Source: Balanoglossus misakiensis (taxonomy: Eukaryota > Animalia > Hemichordata). Taken from it: a DNA stretch of 64,000 nt. Below, piece by piece: positions 53,017 through 64,000 of this stretch. The notes below the pieces were generated by a model. It was given only the letters and a program-made list of their open reading frames with translations. It was not told the origin of the DNA and searched no databases. How positions within the stretch are numbered: position 1 is the stretch's first letter; the number at the start of each line of letters is the position of its first letter. The stretch is from assembly GCA_040954595.2 (NCBI GenBank), contig CM082576.2, positions 19,887,028 through 19,951,027 on the forward strand. Direction: 5' to 3'. A program made the translations under genes and the position numbers.

Positions 53017-53957
53017 GCAGTACATAGAGTAAAAAGTTGCACTGTGCATTGTTGCCAGCTGTATCTGAAGCAACATAGCTGATCTGGTAGGTTCCCCAGG
53101 AAAAGGTGTCACCTGTAAGAACAAAATTATGCACATCATTACAGGCATGGGTGCTAAAGCCAAAATAGCTTCCGTTTCTTGAATGTTTGTCATGATTTTC
53201 TATTCAAACTTAGAATGGTCCATTTAAGTGAGCTATCTGGTGGGTATACACAGGCATATTATCAACTCCTGATTGTGACTGTACATATAAACATGAACAA
53301 GATATGTATACTAAACAGATATGGTGCCGCACATGTTTATTCAACTGCCCATTGTAAGAGAACACAACATTTGTGGTATGGGTATCCCCAGTAGTAGTGG
53401 AGAATATTAAGTACTTTACTGATTAAAGGCCTTGCTCAACAGTTGGTCAAATCTTTTGTTTCCAATAAACAATTACGTGCAAACACAAATGCTTTCGAGT
53501 TTTAACTTCATTGTACTGTCCTGGGATCGAGGAAAGGGCCTATAAACATATGGTAATAGTATCAGCAATTGAGGCTTTAATACTTGGAAGCAAGATCATC
53601 TGTCGCACATAGGATGTGCTAGCCATATATGAGTAACGGCCACAAGAATAAACTGTACCAGTATGCTTCATACTGACAATAATCTTAGGAAAGTTGTCTC
53701 AGCTTGTTGGTTTCTGTTTAGATCAACTCCCCACCCCACCCCGATAAAAAAAACTTAGTTAGTGTGAATGTTATATATTATCTATAATCAGAAATGATAT
53801 TTTATAGGAAACTTACCCATTGTGTAGGTTTGTGTCACATTGGCAATGGCGACATCATCTGTAAATATAGGCTCCTGCCATACTCCTGTTGTCAAGCTAT
53901 TAGGACTAATTATACGGGTCGTATTGGGACAGTAAATGACTTCAGGAGCGTGTTTAT
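53017..53957 (-). CDS. Two exons forming a HYR domain (53817-53957, 53017-53112)
   Basis: DKHAPEVIYCP...VWQEPIFTDD + GDTFSWGTYQISYVASDTAGNNAQCNF. Confidence 0.85.
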
Positions 53958-54256
53958 CTGAAGAAAAAAAATGAAAGAATAACAAATGTTTGTAAATTAA
54001 ACAACTGGTCCACACCCCATATGCATACACTGGTACATTTAGGTAAATGCACTACTAGATGTTAATATCTGTCACATATTCATGAGAAATCCAGATATTG
54101 TTAAGTGCTTGTTTTCTGATACATGTGAATAGACTAGATCACTGTCAAGAAACACTACAAGATAGGACAGGAGTCATGAGATGGTATCCATAGGCATAAT
54201 AACTGATATCATCAATTACACTCATGATAAGCCTAGTTCTTGGAACAGCAGAAACT

Positions 54257-54346
54257 GATGATGATGATGGTGATGATGATGACGATGATGATGATGATGG
54301 TGGTGGTGGTGGTGGTGATGATGATTATGATGATGATGATGGTGAT
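54257..54346. repeat. (ATG)n/(GTG)n microsatellite
   Basis: Direct observation. Confidence 0.9.
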
Positions 54347-54694
54347 AGTGGTTGTGAATAGTATCATTACATTCAGTGTTAAATACATGTACGGTAGAAA
54401 CAAAAAGAGTGAGCGATACAGGCATGGGCAGATGATGATTCCCTATACTTCCTAAAGTAGGGAGATTGCAGGCTGTGTGATTGGAGTACAACACACAGCA
54501 GCTAGGGGCTGGTGAATGTACACAGGAAAAACTACTCAAAATTTCACACAGTTTTCCCTGGACAGACACAACATTACAAGGAGAGCTGTGTTAAAGTAAG
54601 GATTTAGGATTAATCAACTCTGTGAATATGACCCAATTTCTCCTCGTCAGATTATGCATAAAATTGTTTGATAGTAATGAATAAGGCTATTTAC

Positions 54695-54981
54695 CAACAG
54701 GTGTGCATGGTGAACCAGAGTAACCAATTGGGCACCTGGTACTTCCACAAGCTGATGGCTGGATTTTGACCACACTACCCAATAACTCTTGATCCATTTC
54801 AACCCACATGACATGATTGCCAAGTGGACTTTGTGAACAGTTCAAAGCCAGACTCTGGATTTCAACAGGAGTCAATACATAATCGTATACATTCATCTGT
54901 GTAACATCACCATGGAAGCTAAAATAGTTGTCAAGGAGTCCATTTTCGTCATAGCTTTGACCAAGAATTACCATACAGCTG
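54695..54981 (-). CDS. Exon: pentraxin C-terminus plus EGF-like
   Basis: VILGQ...FHGDVTQMNVYDYVLTPVEI...C...GNHVMW; AG/GT bounded. Confidence 0.85.
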
Positions 54982-54986
54982 CTGAA

Positions 54987-57110
54987 AAACTAATTAAATA
55001 TTCACGAGCCACTGCACGTCTACTCATTGGCCCCTATCACCCTACCAAGTTTCAGCCCCCTAGGTGCAGCGGTTTTCCAGATCTAACTGGCCGAATTTCT
55101 CGGAAGAAGAAGAAGAAGAATTAAAGCTGCGAGCAGCATTGTCGGGCCCAAGCGCTGATCTTGAATTATATATGCACAGTATGAATGAGAAGAAACAGAA
55201 TTTTCTATCGGATGTATTATCTCATGACATAACAAGGATGTGTGTATTTTTGCTGCTGAAATAGGGTGAAGTAGGTCAAAGGTCACCTGAGGTCACCCAA
55301 CATTTGGGCATTTTTTTTTACCCATACTGGTCCATGTCCAACAAAAACCAAAACTCTAGCTCTATTGGTTCGCCTGTAATTAGGTATGTGCATAATTAAT
55401 GAGGTCAGCAGAGGTCAAAGGGGTCATGAAAAGTAGCAAAATATTTTGATCACACACTAATCCACATTCATCAAAAACCAAACCTCTAGCCCTATAGGTT
55501 AGCCTGGAATTAGATATGCAGAAATAATAACGCGTGATAATTAGGTCAAAGGTCATGTGAAAAATCGCCAAAAAATTGTTATATATTTTAGTCACATGAC
55601 GATTGATATCCATAAAATTAATTTGTATGCTATCAATTTTTGGACTAGAAAAAGGAATTTCAATTTTTCTCTGTTTTTTACAAAATCCAATATGGCCACC
55701 ATAATCTTCGACCAATCACAATGCTCTTTGCAAACTTGATAGACATCAGTGTAGTGACCATACTCCCCGAATCTTGCGACTCAGTCATCGCTCGTTCTGG
55801 AGAAGAAGATTTTTGGAGTTTAACTATGGTTTTACGAAAAACCAATAAACCCGCTGTACCTCCGCATGTCTCCACAAGAGCTAGGCGCTCAAAATCGGTC
55901 GGACGCAGACCAGCGGTCTGTCAGGTGTAGTAACCGTAACACCAATAAAGGTAGGTTTTCATTGATTCTAATAGGTCTCCGTTCATCAACATTTCAAATA
56001 TTCTCCATAATCCAGTAGTTGCCACTGTACTTGAATGAAATATTTCCTTTCAAACTTCCAAATGGTAACCGAATCTCAAATCGCAAATCTTTCCATTTTA
56101 ATAACGAAGTCGGATGCCGAAATTACCAACTCACTTTTTCTATCGGACTCCATCATTCTAATACTTTACTTCAATGTTCAAAAATTGTGTAAAACAATAT
56201 CCACTCTCAATCTATATTTCAGGTTTAACGGCGTAATGGCATCCCCGGCCTTTGCTCTATCATAGAGGCAAATGGTATTATCTCTTCCAGTGGAAAAGTT
56301 GCGGAGCTGTACGTATTCTCCCTTCTGTAATCTGTTCAGCCACTTCGGATTTTCTTTCCAGAATTTAAGTTCCAGAACGTTGCCATCGTGCTGCATACAA
56401 GGCACGCTAAACAGTTTCCCGTTGGCGGAATTCCGGATCTCGACATCCTCCATGACGCGCAATTTCACAGCCATGCCTTGGCTGGTTGCAGATGATGGAG
56501 CTAAGGTACGTAACAATCGCACCCCGAAACGCCTGGGCCCTTTTTTGTGTGTAGTCATTGTGGGTATGTTAACCTCCCATGTCCTACATTTTTAGAAATT
56601 TAGTATACAAAACTGGATGACCGATTATGTTTTAGAGACCGTTCCCGAATCCACCTGAAGCCCAGTCGGAATGTCTTGGGATGTAACCTAAATTCAATAT
56701 GGCCGCCTCCATGCGTTCACTTGCATTTGAAAATACGTTGATTTTATCGTCGATTAGCGGTGTTTATTCTCAGTATCAATTTAAACGCGGCACTCGCTTA
56801 CAAGTCATATTCTAGAAAGAAAGAAAAAATGATAGTTTCGAGTACAGATTACATGTATTTTAAAACGAGGTTTGGTAACAATGGTATCACTACTAAATGA
56901 CTTACAATCGATGTTTTTAATTGTCTTTGCACCACAGTATGAATCCGGTGATGGTAAATCGCATTCAACTTAGAAGGCATGGAGAAAGCGCAACTAATGG
57001 TAACTGGGATGCCAAACTGAAACTTTTGGGAGAGAAAACCTTGCCATGTATGGACGTGGGTGTCACAGTTAAACTTGGGTTGAATACTACAGCGACAACC
57101 GAAGTCCCCT
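54987..57110 (+). mobile_element. Helentron/HINE-like composite with repeat copy 2 of the OB-fold gene (first exon inverted, pseudogene)
   Basis: ACCAAGTTTCAGCCC...(GAA)n and AAATCCAATATGGCC...GAAGAAGATTTTT motifs typical of marine-invertebrate helitron-like repeats; 55850 onward is homologous to 1181-2459. Confidence 0.55.
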
Positions 57111-57310
57111 TGAGATATGATATGTGGTAGTGCATGTCCACATGAGTGCCGTGTACTAGCCTCTCTCTCTGTAAATCCATCCAGGCTACTGCTTTCTGTA
57201 CATTGGAGAGAAATGAGAACAAGATGGTTAAATCATATTTTGTATAAGTTGGTGTTGACGAAAATAAGATGCATGTGAATTGTAGGACTGAAATGTTTCT
57301 GTAATGAATA

Positions 57311-59882
57311 TTCAAAACCGCGGCACAGAGCGATATCCATCCGCCATATGCAAATGAGCCGAAGTATAAAAGCAACGAGCAACGTACAGTCTGTCCCTCC
57401 CTTGCAATAGGCCACGACAGCACGAACCATGGCTCAAACTGGTTCCGCAGTTCGAGCTTTTGTGGACTCACACCAGGACTCCGCAGAACTATCCGGTCGC
57501 CATCCAAGACCCGGTCCCGGTGGTGCCACACCCCAGCAAAATGCTGCACCAACACCAGCAAGTGGAGAGGCAACAGGCGTCAGCAGCAGTGTAACCAGGG
57601 TTAGTTTTCCCCCTTGTATGCCTCCGGTCATTTCGGTTTTGATTTGCAGTTCGGTCCCCTGTTGTTGTTTTTTATGCACTACGGTTCACCACATTTCTCC
57701 CCTCGCGTTGTTTTTCGGCTTTCGAATTTTCTTAGTGCAGGTGGAAGGCCAAATCACCAATTTGAAATTCCGCCACCTGTTAGGCCTGACACCACCTGTT
57801 TCGCCAATTGAAAAAAAAAAAAACACGATGCCTTTCCCCTACGTAACAGGCGTGGTAGAACTGAATGGAGATTGTATTTTATTTTCTATGCAATATGCGT
57901 CGAATACTTGGAGTTACAGGAGTGAGCGGCAGGCCAGGCAGTGTGGTATACTGCGAGAGCGCCAACATTTGTTTGTTAAATAGAGTTGGGTGGGTTATAC
58001 CCATGAGTGCCAAGGAGACCGGCCAGGCAGTTCATCCGGTGATGACTGCGAGAGCGCCGAATTATTGTGGCTGAGGCCAAAGGAAATACATAGGCTCGAG
58101 GGAGGAGCAATGTGAGCGGTCATTTACGTAGCAGACGCATGTTCGCCTTGAATTTGCTGATGCCTATGTAATGAGGCGCTCGCCCTGTAAACAAAAGGGG
58201 AGTCTTCAGTACGGGAGAGCAAGTATACTTTCCACCCGTGGTAATGGGCAGAGAAGTTATTGTATGTGTACGTTTACTTGTATTGCAGAAAGGGGAGTTG
58301 GAGAACCTAAAGAAGCCAGGTAAAAAAAAAACTGCAAGAATTGACAGAAACCGCATCGCCGCACTGAGAAAAGAAATAAGGATGAACTAGTCACATGCTT
58401 TGTCTGTGGTGAGAAAGGGCATGTTGCCAGAGCCTGCCCAAAAAGAAAGTAGTATACCCACATTGCTGTGTTTTTTCTCTCTCTTTGCTCGTTTATATTT
58501 ATTCGTCACAGCAAGTAAAACATGGGTTACTCATCCACGTACACGCATGCACACTGTACTAACACGCATACTTCTCTCGGTCGCCTGCACACTAATAGAC
58601 GCCTTCATGCACACCCACACAATCGCATACTTTCGACCAACCGCTCGCACCATAGACGGAACGCATTCACGCATATAAATACAGACGCACAAAACATGCC
58701 TGAGCAACTTAGATGGAGCAAACGCTACACGGACACTTGCTGTGATGCTTTGATAACTTGAAATGTACGAAAAGTCTGGTTTGCTTACAACCCTCCGTGA
58801 CAATTAAAAGGTTGTCTTGAGAATAAAATAAAAGAAAGAAAGAAAAAAAATGCTTTTATATCTCGCCTTCCTAGATTGACCCCACTCAACCAGTAGCGGA
58901 TATCCCGTGTTTATCATACACCAAACATCGCCCCGAACGCAGGGAGGACTAAAACAGTCCTTTGCATTCCATGCAACCTCGCCTTACTGAGGTCCTGTCT
59001 AGGGGCTCCCTCAAGAAAACATTTTACATTTAGTAGCCCATAGTCTTTATCTATTCTTTTCTGTTCACTCCCTACGCATGGGAAACCGGCCCTGAGGAAC
59101 TTCCAGTCGCCAGAAAGTCATACACATGGGTATCTCTTGAGGGCGCCCCTCGACAGGAGACCCGTTATCAATGTCGATGAGGTTCGTAAATCCAACAAGA
59201 AAGTGTCGCCCGCACTACTATCATTTAGAAACCCACATGAATTTGTCGCCGGGGGAATTCATAAGCACAGGGAGGTGTGGAACGACGAAAAGCAGAACAC
59301 AAAAAGATATGAGAACCTCAATGATTTAATTGGATTTTCCAAGGCTTTTGTTGTGGGTGTGTTTGTAGTGGTAACTTGTTTGTTACTTGGTTTGACTGTA
59401 TTTTAAGGATTGGGGGGATACCCAACTCGGTAATAATGGGCTCAAGCACGAGGAGAATAGGCTTTGCGTCCGGATGCGCCTCCAAAAGCCCGGACCCATT
59501 TCTTTAACAATAGGCATATCCATGAGCGAGGTGATGCGGCTTTGAATACTTAGTTATTCAAAACCGCGGCACAGAGCGATATCCATCCGCCATATGCAAA
59601 TGAGCCGAAGTATAAAAGCAACGAGCAACGTACAGTCTGTCCCTCCCTTGCAATAGGCCAAGAGAGCAGGGCTATGTGCGTAAAAGGGACAGGGTGGGGA
59701 TTTTATATGACCAGCCCCCTCGGTAAAATCCTTTGCGAATGTATTCCCACCCGCCCTCCCACTTTTTCGAATATAAGAGTTTTACACACTTCGCTATGGA
59801 TGCGCCTCCAAAAGCCCGGACCCATTCCTTTAACAATAGGCATATCCATGAGCGAGGTGATGCGGCTTTGAATACTTAGTTA
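57311..59882 (+). mobile_element. Non-autonomous DIRS-group (Ngaro/PAT-like) element with split direct repeats
   Basis: A1 57311-57414 = A2 59557-59660; B1 59472-59556 ~ B2 59798-59882; order A1...B1A2..B2. ATG at 57429, a CCHC knuckle at 58396-58437, and a pol-start-like FRNPHEFVAGGIHKHREVW at ~59224-59280. Confidence 0.75.
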
Positions 59883-61475
59883 CTAAATTAAAAGTTCACA
59901 ACTTGCATGCAGATAGTAAGTGCTGGGGAAGTTGCAGGGTGGAGATTGCTTTGGTTTAGTTAACTTACTCAATCTTTGTGACTGTTGCATTTCTTGATTG
60001 ATAGAGTAGTGTACATGCATTGGCAGGTTTTCTAATATGGCCTCCTCTGTACCCAAGGTCTGGCATAAGGTGGGACACTGTAAGTATTTGCCGTCTGACA
60101 CAGAAGATGCCACTTCTAGAAAAAAATAAAAAGGACAGAATGTGATTGGTAAGACACAGAGACGTGAACATGTACACAAAATGATTGGAAATTGGTGGAA
60201 GCAAGTACTGCAGTTAATATTTACTCATCTATGTCTATTCCCTCAAATATCCCTTCTACCATATCATCACCATTTGGTTCTTTTAACACCTTAGGGAAAA
60301 ATTGAGAGTTACATTAGAAGCACCGACAATAGGAGGGGGGGGGGTAAGGTTTGCAGAGAACAGGTTTTTTTTATGAACATTTGTGAAAATCAGAAATTAG
60401 TGACATGTAGGATTTCAATTTTATGATGTAACATTGTTTTCTTTTCAACATCAGTTCTCTGAGTAAAAAGATGGCCATGTAAATTTTCTCTAAGTTTGTT
60501 AGAGAAATAAAGTACATGTACAACTTTAGTGTTTCACTAATTGAGTTTCAGTGTTCTTGTATTGTCTCCTTTGCCCCATGTCAACCTCAAAGTAAATATC
60601 AAATTTGCCATTTTTGACTTATTTATCCTTGTAGTGGGCCACATAGCATTTTAGTGCAACTTATGAAAATCTGAAGAACCAAATGCCTAATTTACCCACT
60701 CTGCACAGATTTATTTCAATGGTACTGACTTGATGATCGGTATAGCGCCCTCTGTGGTAGGGGGTGGGGGGTTAACCTAGCCTTTATATGTTTATCCCTG
60801 TCCGGTTTCATTCCAATTGTATCTATGGTAACCTTATTATCAGCAGTAAATGCCACAATTGTAAAACAGCAATAATTTTAGTATCAAGCACTCTGTGGAA
60901 TTAAATATACCCTGTGTATTCTTTGTTTCCCATTAGTAATCATGCAACCTTGCCATTTTGGGCCTTCTGATTTGCTGTATGTGCTCACTAGTCCTTCCCA
61001 ACGTCTCTGAATTAGAAGGCCATTGTCATTTGTATAGTGTAGACACATTTCATTTTAGTACAACTGATGAAAGTCTCGTGAAAAACCAAATGCTTAATTT
61101 ACCCACTGTGCAAAGATTATCTGAATGATATTGTGTTGATCGTCATATAGTATAGCGCCCTCTGCGATAGTATTTGGATGATTGTGCCAGGGAGAAGGGG
61201 GTACTGAGGGAGCAGATGCAGATGACAGCAAGGCATATCCACTGAACAATGAGACGGTACGTGTTGTCAGCATTCAGGGAGAGTAAAAAGGGGAGCGCAA
61301 GAGACCAGGATGAAGAGACGAGCAGTATTGCATCATCTGTGGAAAAAATGCCAAGAGAAGGTAAGTGTGGAAGACAAGCACTTAGGGGTTATAAACAAAT
61401 GTTTTTTTGTGGACAGTTTTAGTATCAAGCATTGTGGAATTAAATATACACAGTGTGTGTTGTGTGTTAGATAGG

Positions 61476-61948
61476 TACATACATACATACATACATACAT
61501 ACATACATACATACATACATACATACATACATACATACATACATGCATACATACATGCATGCATACATACATACATACATACATGCATACATGCATACAT
61601 ACATGCATACATACATGCATACATACATGCATACATACATGCATACATACATACATGCATACATACATGCATACATACATGCATACATACATGCATACAT
61701 ACATGCATACATACATGCATACATACATGCATACATACATACATACATACATACATACATACATACATACATACATACATACATACATACATACATACAT
61801 GCATACATACATACATACATACATACATACATACATACATACATACATGCATACATACATGCATACATACATGCATACATACATGCATACATACATGCAT
61901 ACATACATGCATGCATACATACATGCATACATACATACATACATACAT
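61476..61948. repeat. (TACA)n/(TGCA) microsatellite
   Basis: Direct observation. Confidence 0.97.
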
Positions 61949-61984
61949 GGAAAACACACAGCAAATGGACTCCTTTTTTTATCA

Positions 61985-62055
61985 TCCTCACCAGGAATCG
62001 AACCAGGATCCCTTATCACAAAGTGACAAGTGTGTTAACCATTACACCATGAGGA
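61985..62055 (-). pseudogene. tRNA-derived SINE head or tRNA pseudogene
   Basis: Minus strand TCCTCA-TGGTGTAATGG (box A) ... GGTTCGATTCC (box B) ... TGAGGA; the acceptor stem can pair but the anticodon arm is irregular. Confidence 0.6.
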
Positions 62056-62284
62056 TTGTTTTATCTCCACTAACTGCCAACACACTGTCCAATTGCACAT
62101 TCACTCACTGACATATTCAACACACCAGTTTTTTTATTTCAATAAAAATTCACAAATGCATGTGAGAAATAACAGAGAGTCAGAAATTGGCATCCACAGG
62201 AGTTACTGCATTGCTATATGGTATTATAGAGCAGCCAATGCAGTCTAACACTTTTATTAGCTTATTAAAGGCAGAAAGTCTCTT

Positions 62285-62570
62285 TGCTGCCCTTTTTTAA
62301 TAATTATGTGTGATACAAGAGACTGTTAATGTGGATATATAGTGAATCAACGTTCGACCACACACAGCTTCCATCCCGTTTGTAGGATATGACAGTAAAA
62401 ACTCGCCCAAAATGAATAAATGGTAAAGACCAATTATTCATTTTGGCAAGATTTTTCACTCTCGTGACTACAAGCAGTGTGTGTTGTTGAATGTTGATTC
62501 ACTATATATCCACATGTACATTAACATAAATGGTGTCTTGCATCAAACATAATTAATGGAAAAGGGTCCC
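62285..62570. repeat. Inverted pair of a dispersed repeat family
   Basis: GTTGATTCACTATATATCCACAT...CAAACATAATTAATGGAAAAGGG is also present at ~47700-47805 and ~49990-50118. Confidence 0.7.
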
Positions 62571-63821
62571 TTTAATTTATATACTTATCAAATTGTAAGC
62601 TAACCAATATGGTTAGAAGTCCGATTTGCTTGGACGTGAACCAATATGATCTATCAAAATTTTCTGGTAAAAGTTTGAGTAACTATAACGTGTGCTTTCA
62701 CCTTTTTTCATCATGTTGCTTGGGCCCTGACAATGCTGCTTTATAGCTACTACAGGATTGGATTACTTCCATTTGGCAGTAGCATATAAGTGTAATGGTG
62801 TAGAAAGTTTATCCTGTTTACTGGAAGAGGAATTGCAAGAGAAACCATATGTTATAAAAAAAAAATAGAAGATATTAAATAGCCTTAGTAAACATTTCCC
62901 AGAAACATTTCAATGAACAGTTACCATAATGTACTTTACATTAGAGTCAGAGGTGACTAAAAGGCTAATATTGTCATTTGTGAAATGTACACAATTGTAT
63001 TTATATTGTCGGTGAACTGTTTAGCTGTGTTGTCAGTTATGTTGAGCTTATTAGATTGGGTGATTGTCTTATTGGGTGAGTGGTGTCACTGTCTGTCACT
63101 TTTCTTTACTGAAACCACGGGGCCAATTACTTTGAAATTTAGTATGCAGGTTCCTAGGGTGAAGTTGGTAGAGTTTATGTAAATTGTGGTGAAATGTGTA
63201 ATTTTTGATCAATTTTAGTTGTGTTTAGTTAAATTCTTTGTACAATTACTTTGAAATTTAGTGTGTAGGTCCTTGGGGTTGATTTTACTGGAATTTGCTC
63301 AATTTGTGACAGAATGTGGAATATGTTATTTCGGAAGCAATTGCTTGTTTGGTCTTTTTTATTTCATAAACCAGATACTGTGATTGTTTTTCTGTTCTTT
63401 TTTGTATGTGTGTCTATTTTCACAATTGAAATAAATTAATATAAGGCTATATAAAATAAATTGGTGTTTTATGCTTTTTGTGTAAGTATGAATGTATGTA
63501 TGTGTGTAAAAAGATTGATATTGTTTGTATGGTTGATATCAGATATCATATGTCTTATAGTGAGAAAGAAACCACTACACAATCCCTAGTAGTATTTGTG
63601 GTAATATATCTGTTTTGAGAATATAGCCCATTAGTATATTGTAGTCTTTGTACAACTTTTCTTCAAAATGTGTTATATGAACAAATAAAATATGGCAAGA
63701 AGATGAATTGTTTCGAAGAATGAATCATAATAAACAGTAGAATTTGGTCAATTTTTGTTCAGGCATAAAGAAATAGCTTGTACATGAGCTTGCACGACGG
63801 TATTTGGTCAATACAGGGCGC

Positions 63822-63858
63822 ATGTATGTATGTATGTATGTATGTATGTATGTATGTA

Positions 63859-63913
<55 letters not shown>

Positions 63914-63920
63914 ATGTATG

Positions 63921-63954
<34 letters not shown>

Positions 63955-63990
63955 TGTATGTATGCATGCATGCATGCATGCATGTATGTA
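63822..63990. repeat. (ATGT)n/(GT)n microsatellite
   Basis: Direct observation. Confidence 0.97.
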
Positions 63991-64000
63991 CCTATCTAAC

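Larger units (their letters stand above)
46485..54981 (-). pseudogene. 3' part of a SVEP1/uninflatable-like type I membrane protein gene (pentraxin, EGF, HYR, sushi, 4 ephrin-receptor-like GCC2/GCC3 repeats, 2 EGF, TM, NPxY tail), disrupted
   Basis: 14 phase-ordered exons: 54695-54981, 53817-53957, 53017-53112, 51832-52032, 51187-51428, 50468-50616, 49712-49873, 49290-49451, 48878-49045, 48579-48740, 47888-48010, 47466-47594, 47102-47198, 46485-46749. Lesions: AT acceptor at 52033-4, frameshift near 51340, TT donor at 49710-1, in-frame TAG at 49408-10. Confidence 0.8.

Noticed and set aside
54222-54569. Poly-His ORF
   Set aside because: Intronic trinucleotide microsatellite.
61985-62055. Functional tRNA gene
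   Set aside because: Irregular anticodon arm and no T-run terminator directly downstream; more likely SINE-derived.
61333-62111. Long ORFs of MYVC/HTYI repeats (also 63725-63999 and 29810-30074)
   Set aside because: Translations of a tetranucleotide microsatellite.

Overview
AT-rich eukaryotic (intron-containing) DNA, most consistent with a marine invertebrate deuterostome (inference from repeat types and gene content). It is dominated by transposon-derived sequence. Main contents: (1) a young Mag-type Ty3/Gypsy LTR retrotransposon (3902-8766, minus strand) with 204-bp LTRs, a tRNA-Leu PBS, a PPT and two in-frame stops; (2) a ~28-kb imperfect palindrome (arms ~10175-21344 and ~27682-37993, ~6.3-kb spacer) that contains nested inverted repeats, arm-specific MITE/Helentron-like insertions and TA->TACATGTA footprint differences; (3) an 86/82-bp tandem satellite (38000-40878); (4) the 3' part of a SVEP1/uninflatable-like receptor gene (46485-54981, minus) with several inactivating lesions; (5) two copies of a repeat carrying a spliced RPA-like OB-fold gene, one with its first coding exon inverted; (6) a non-autonomous split-direct-repeat (Ngaro/PAT-type DIRS) element (57311-59882). 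All alignments were done by eye, so identity estimates are approximate and family assignments are unconfirmed by database search.
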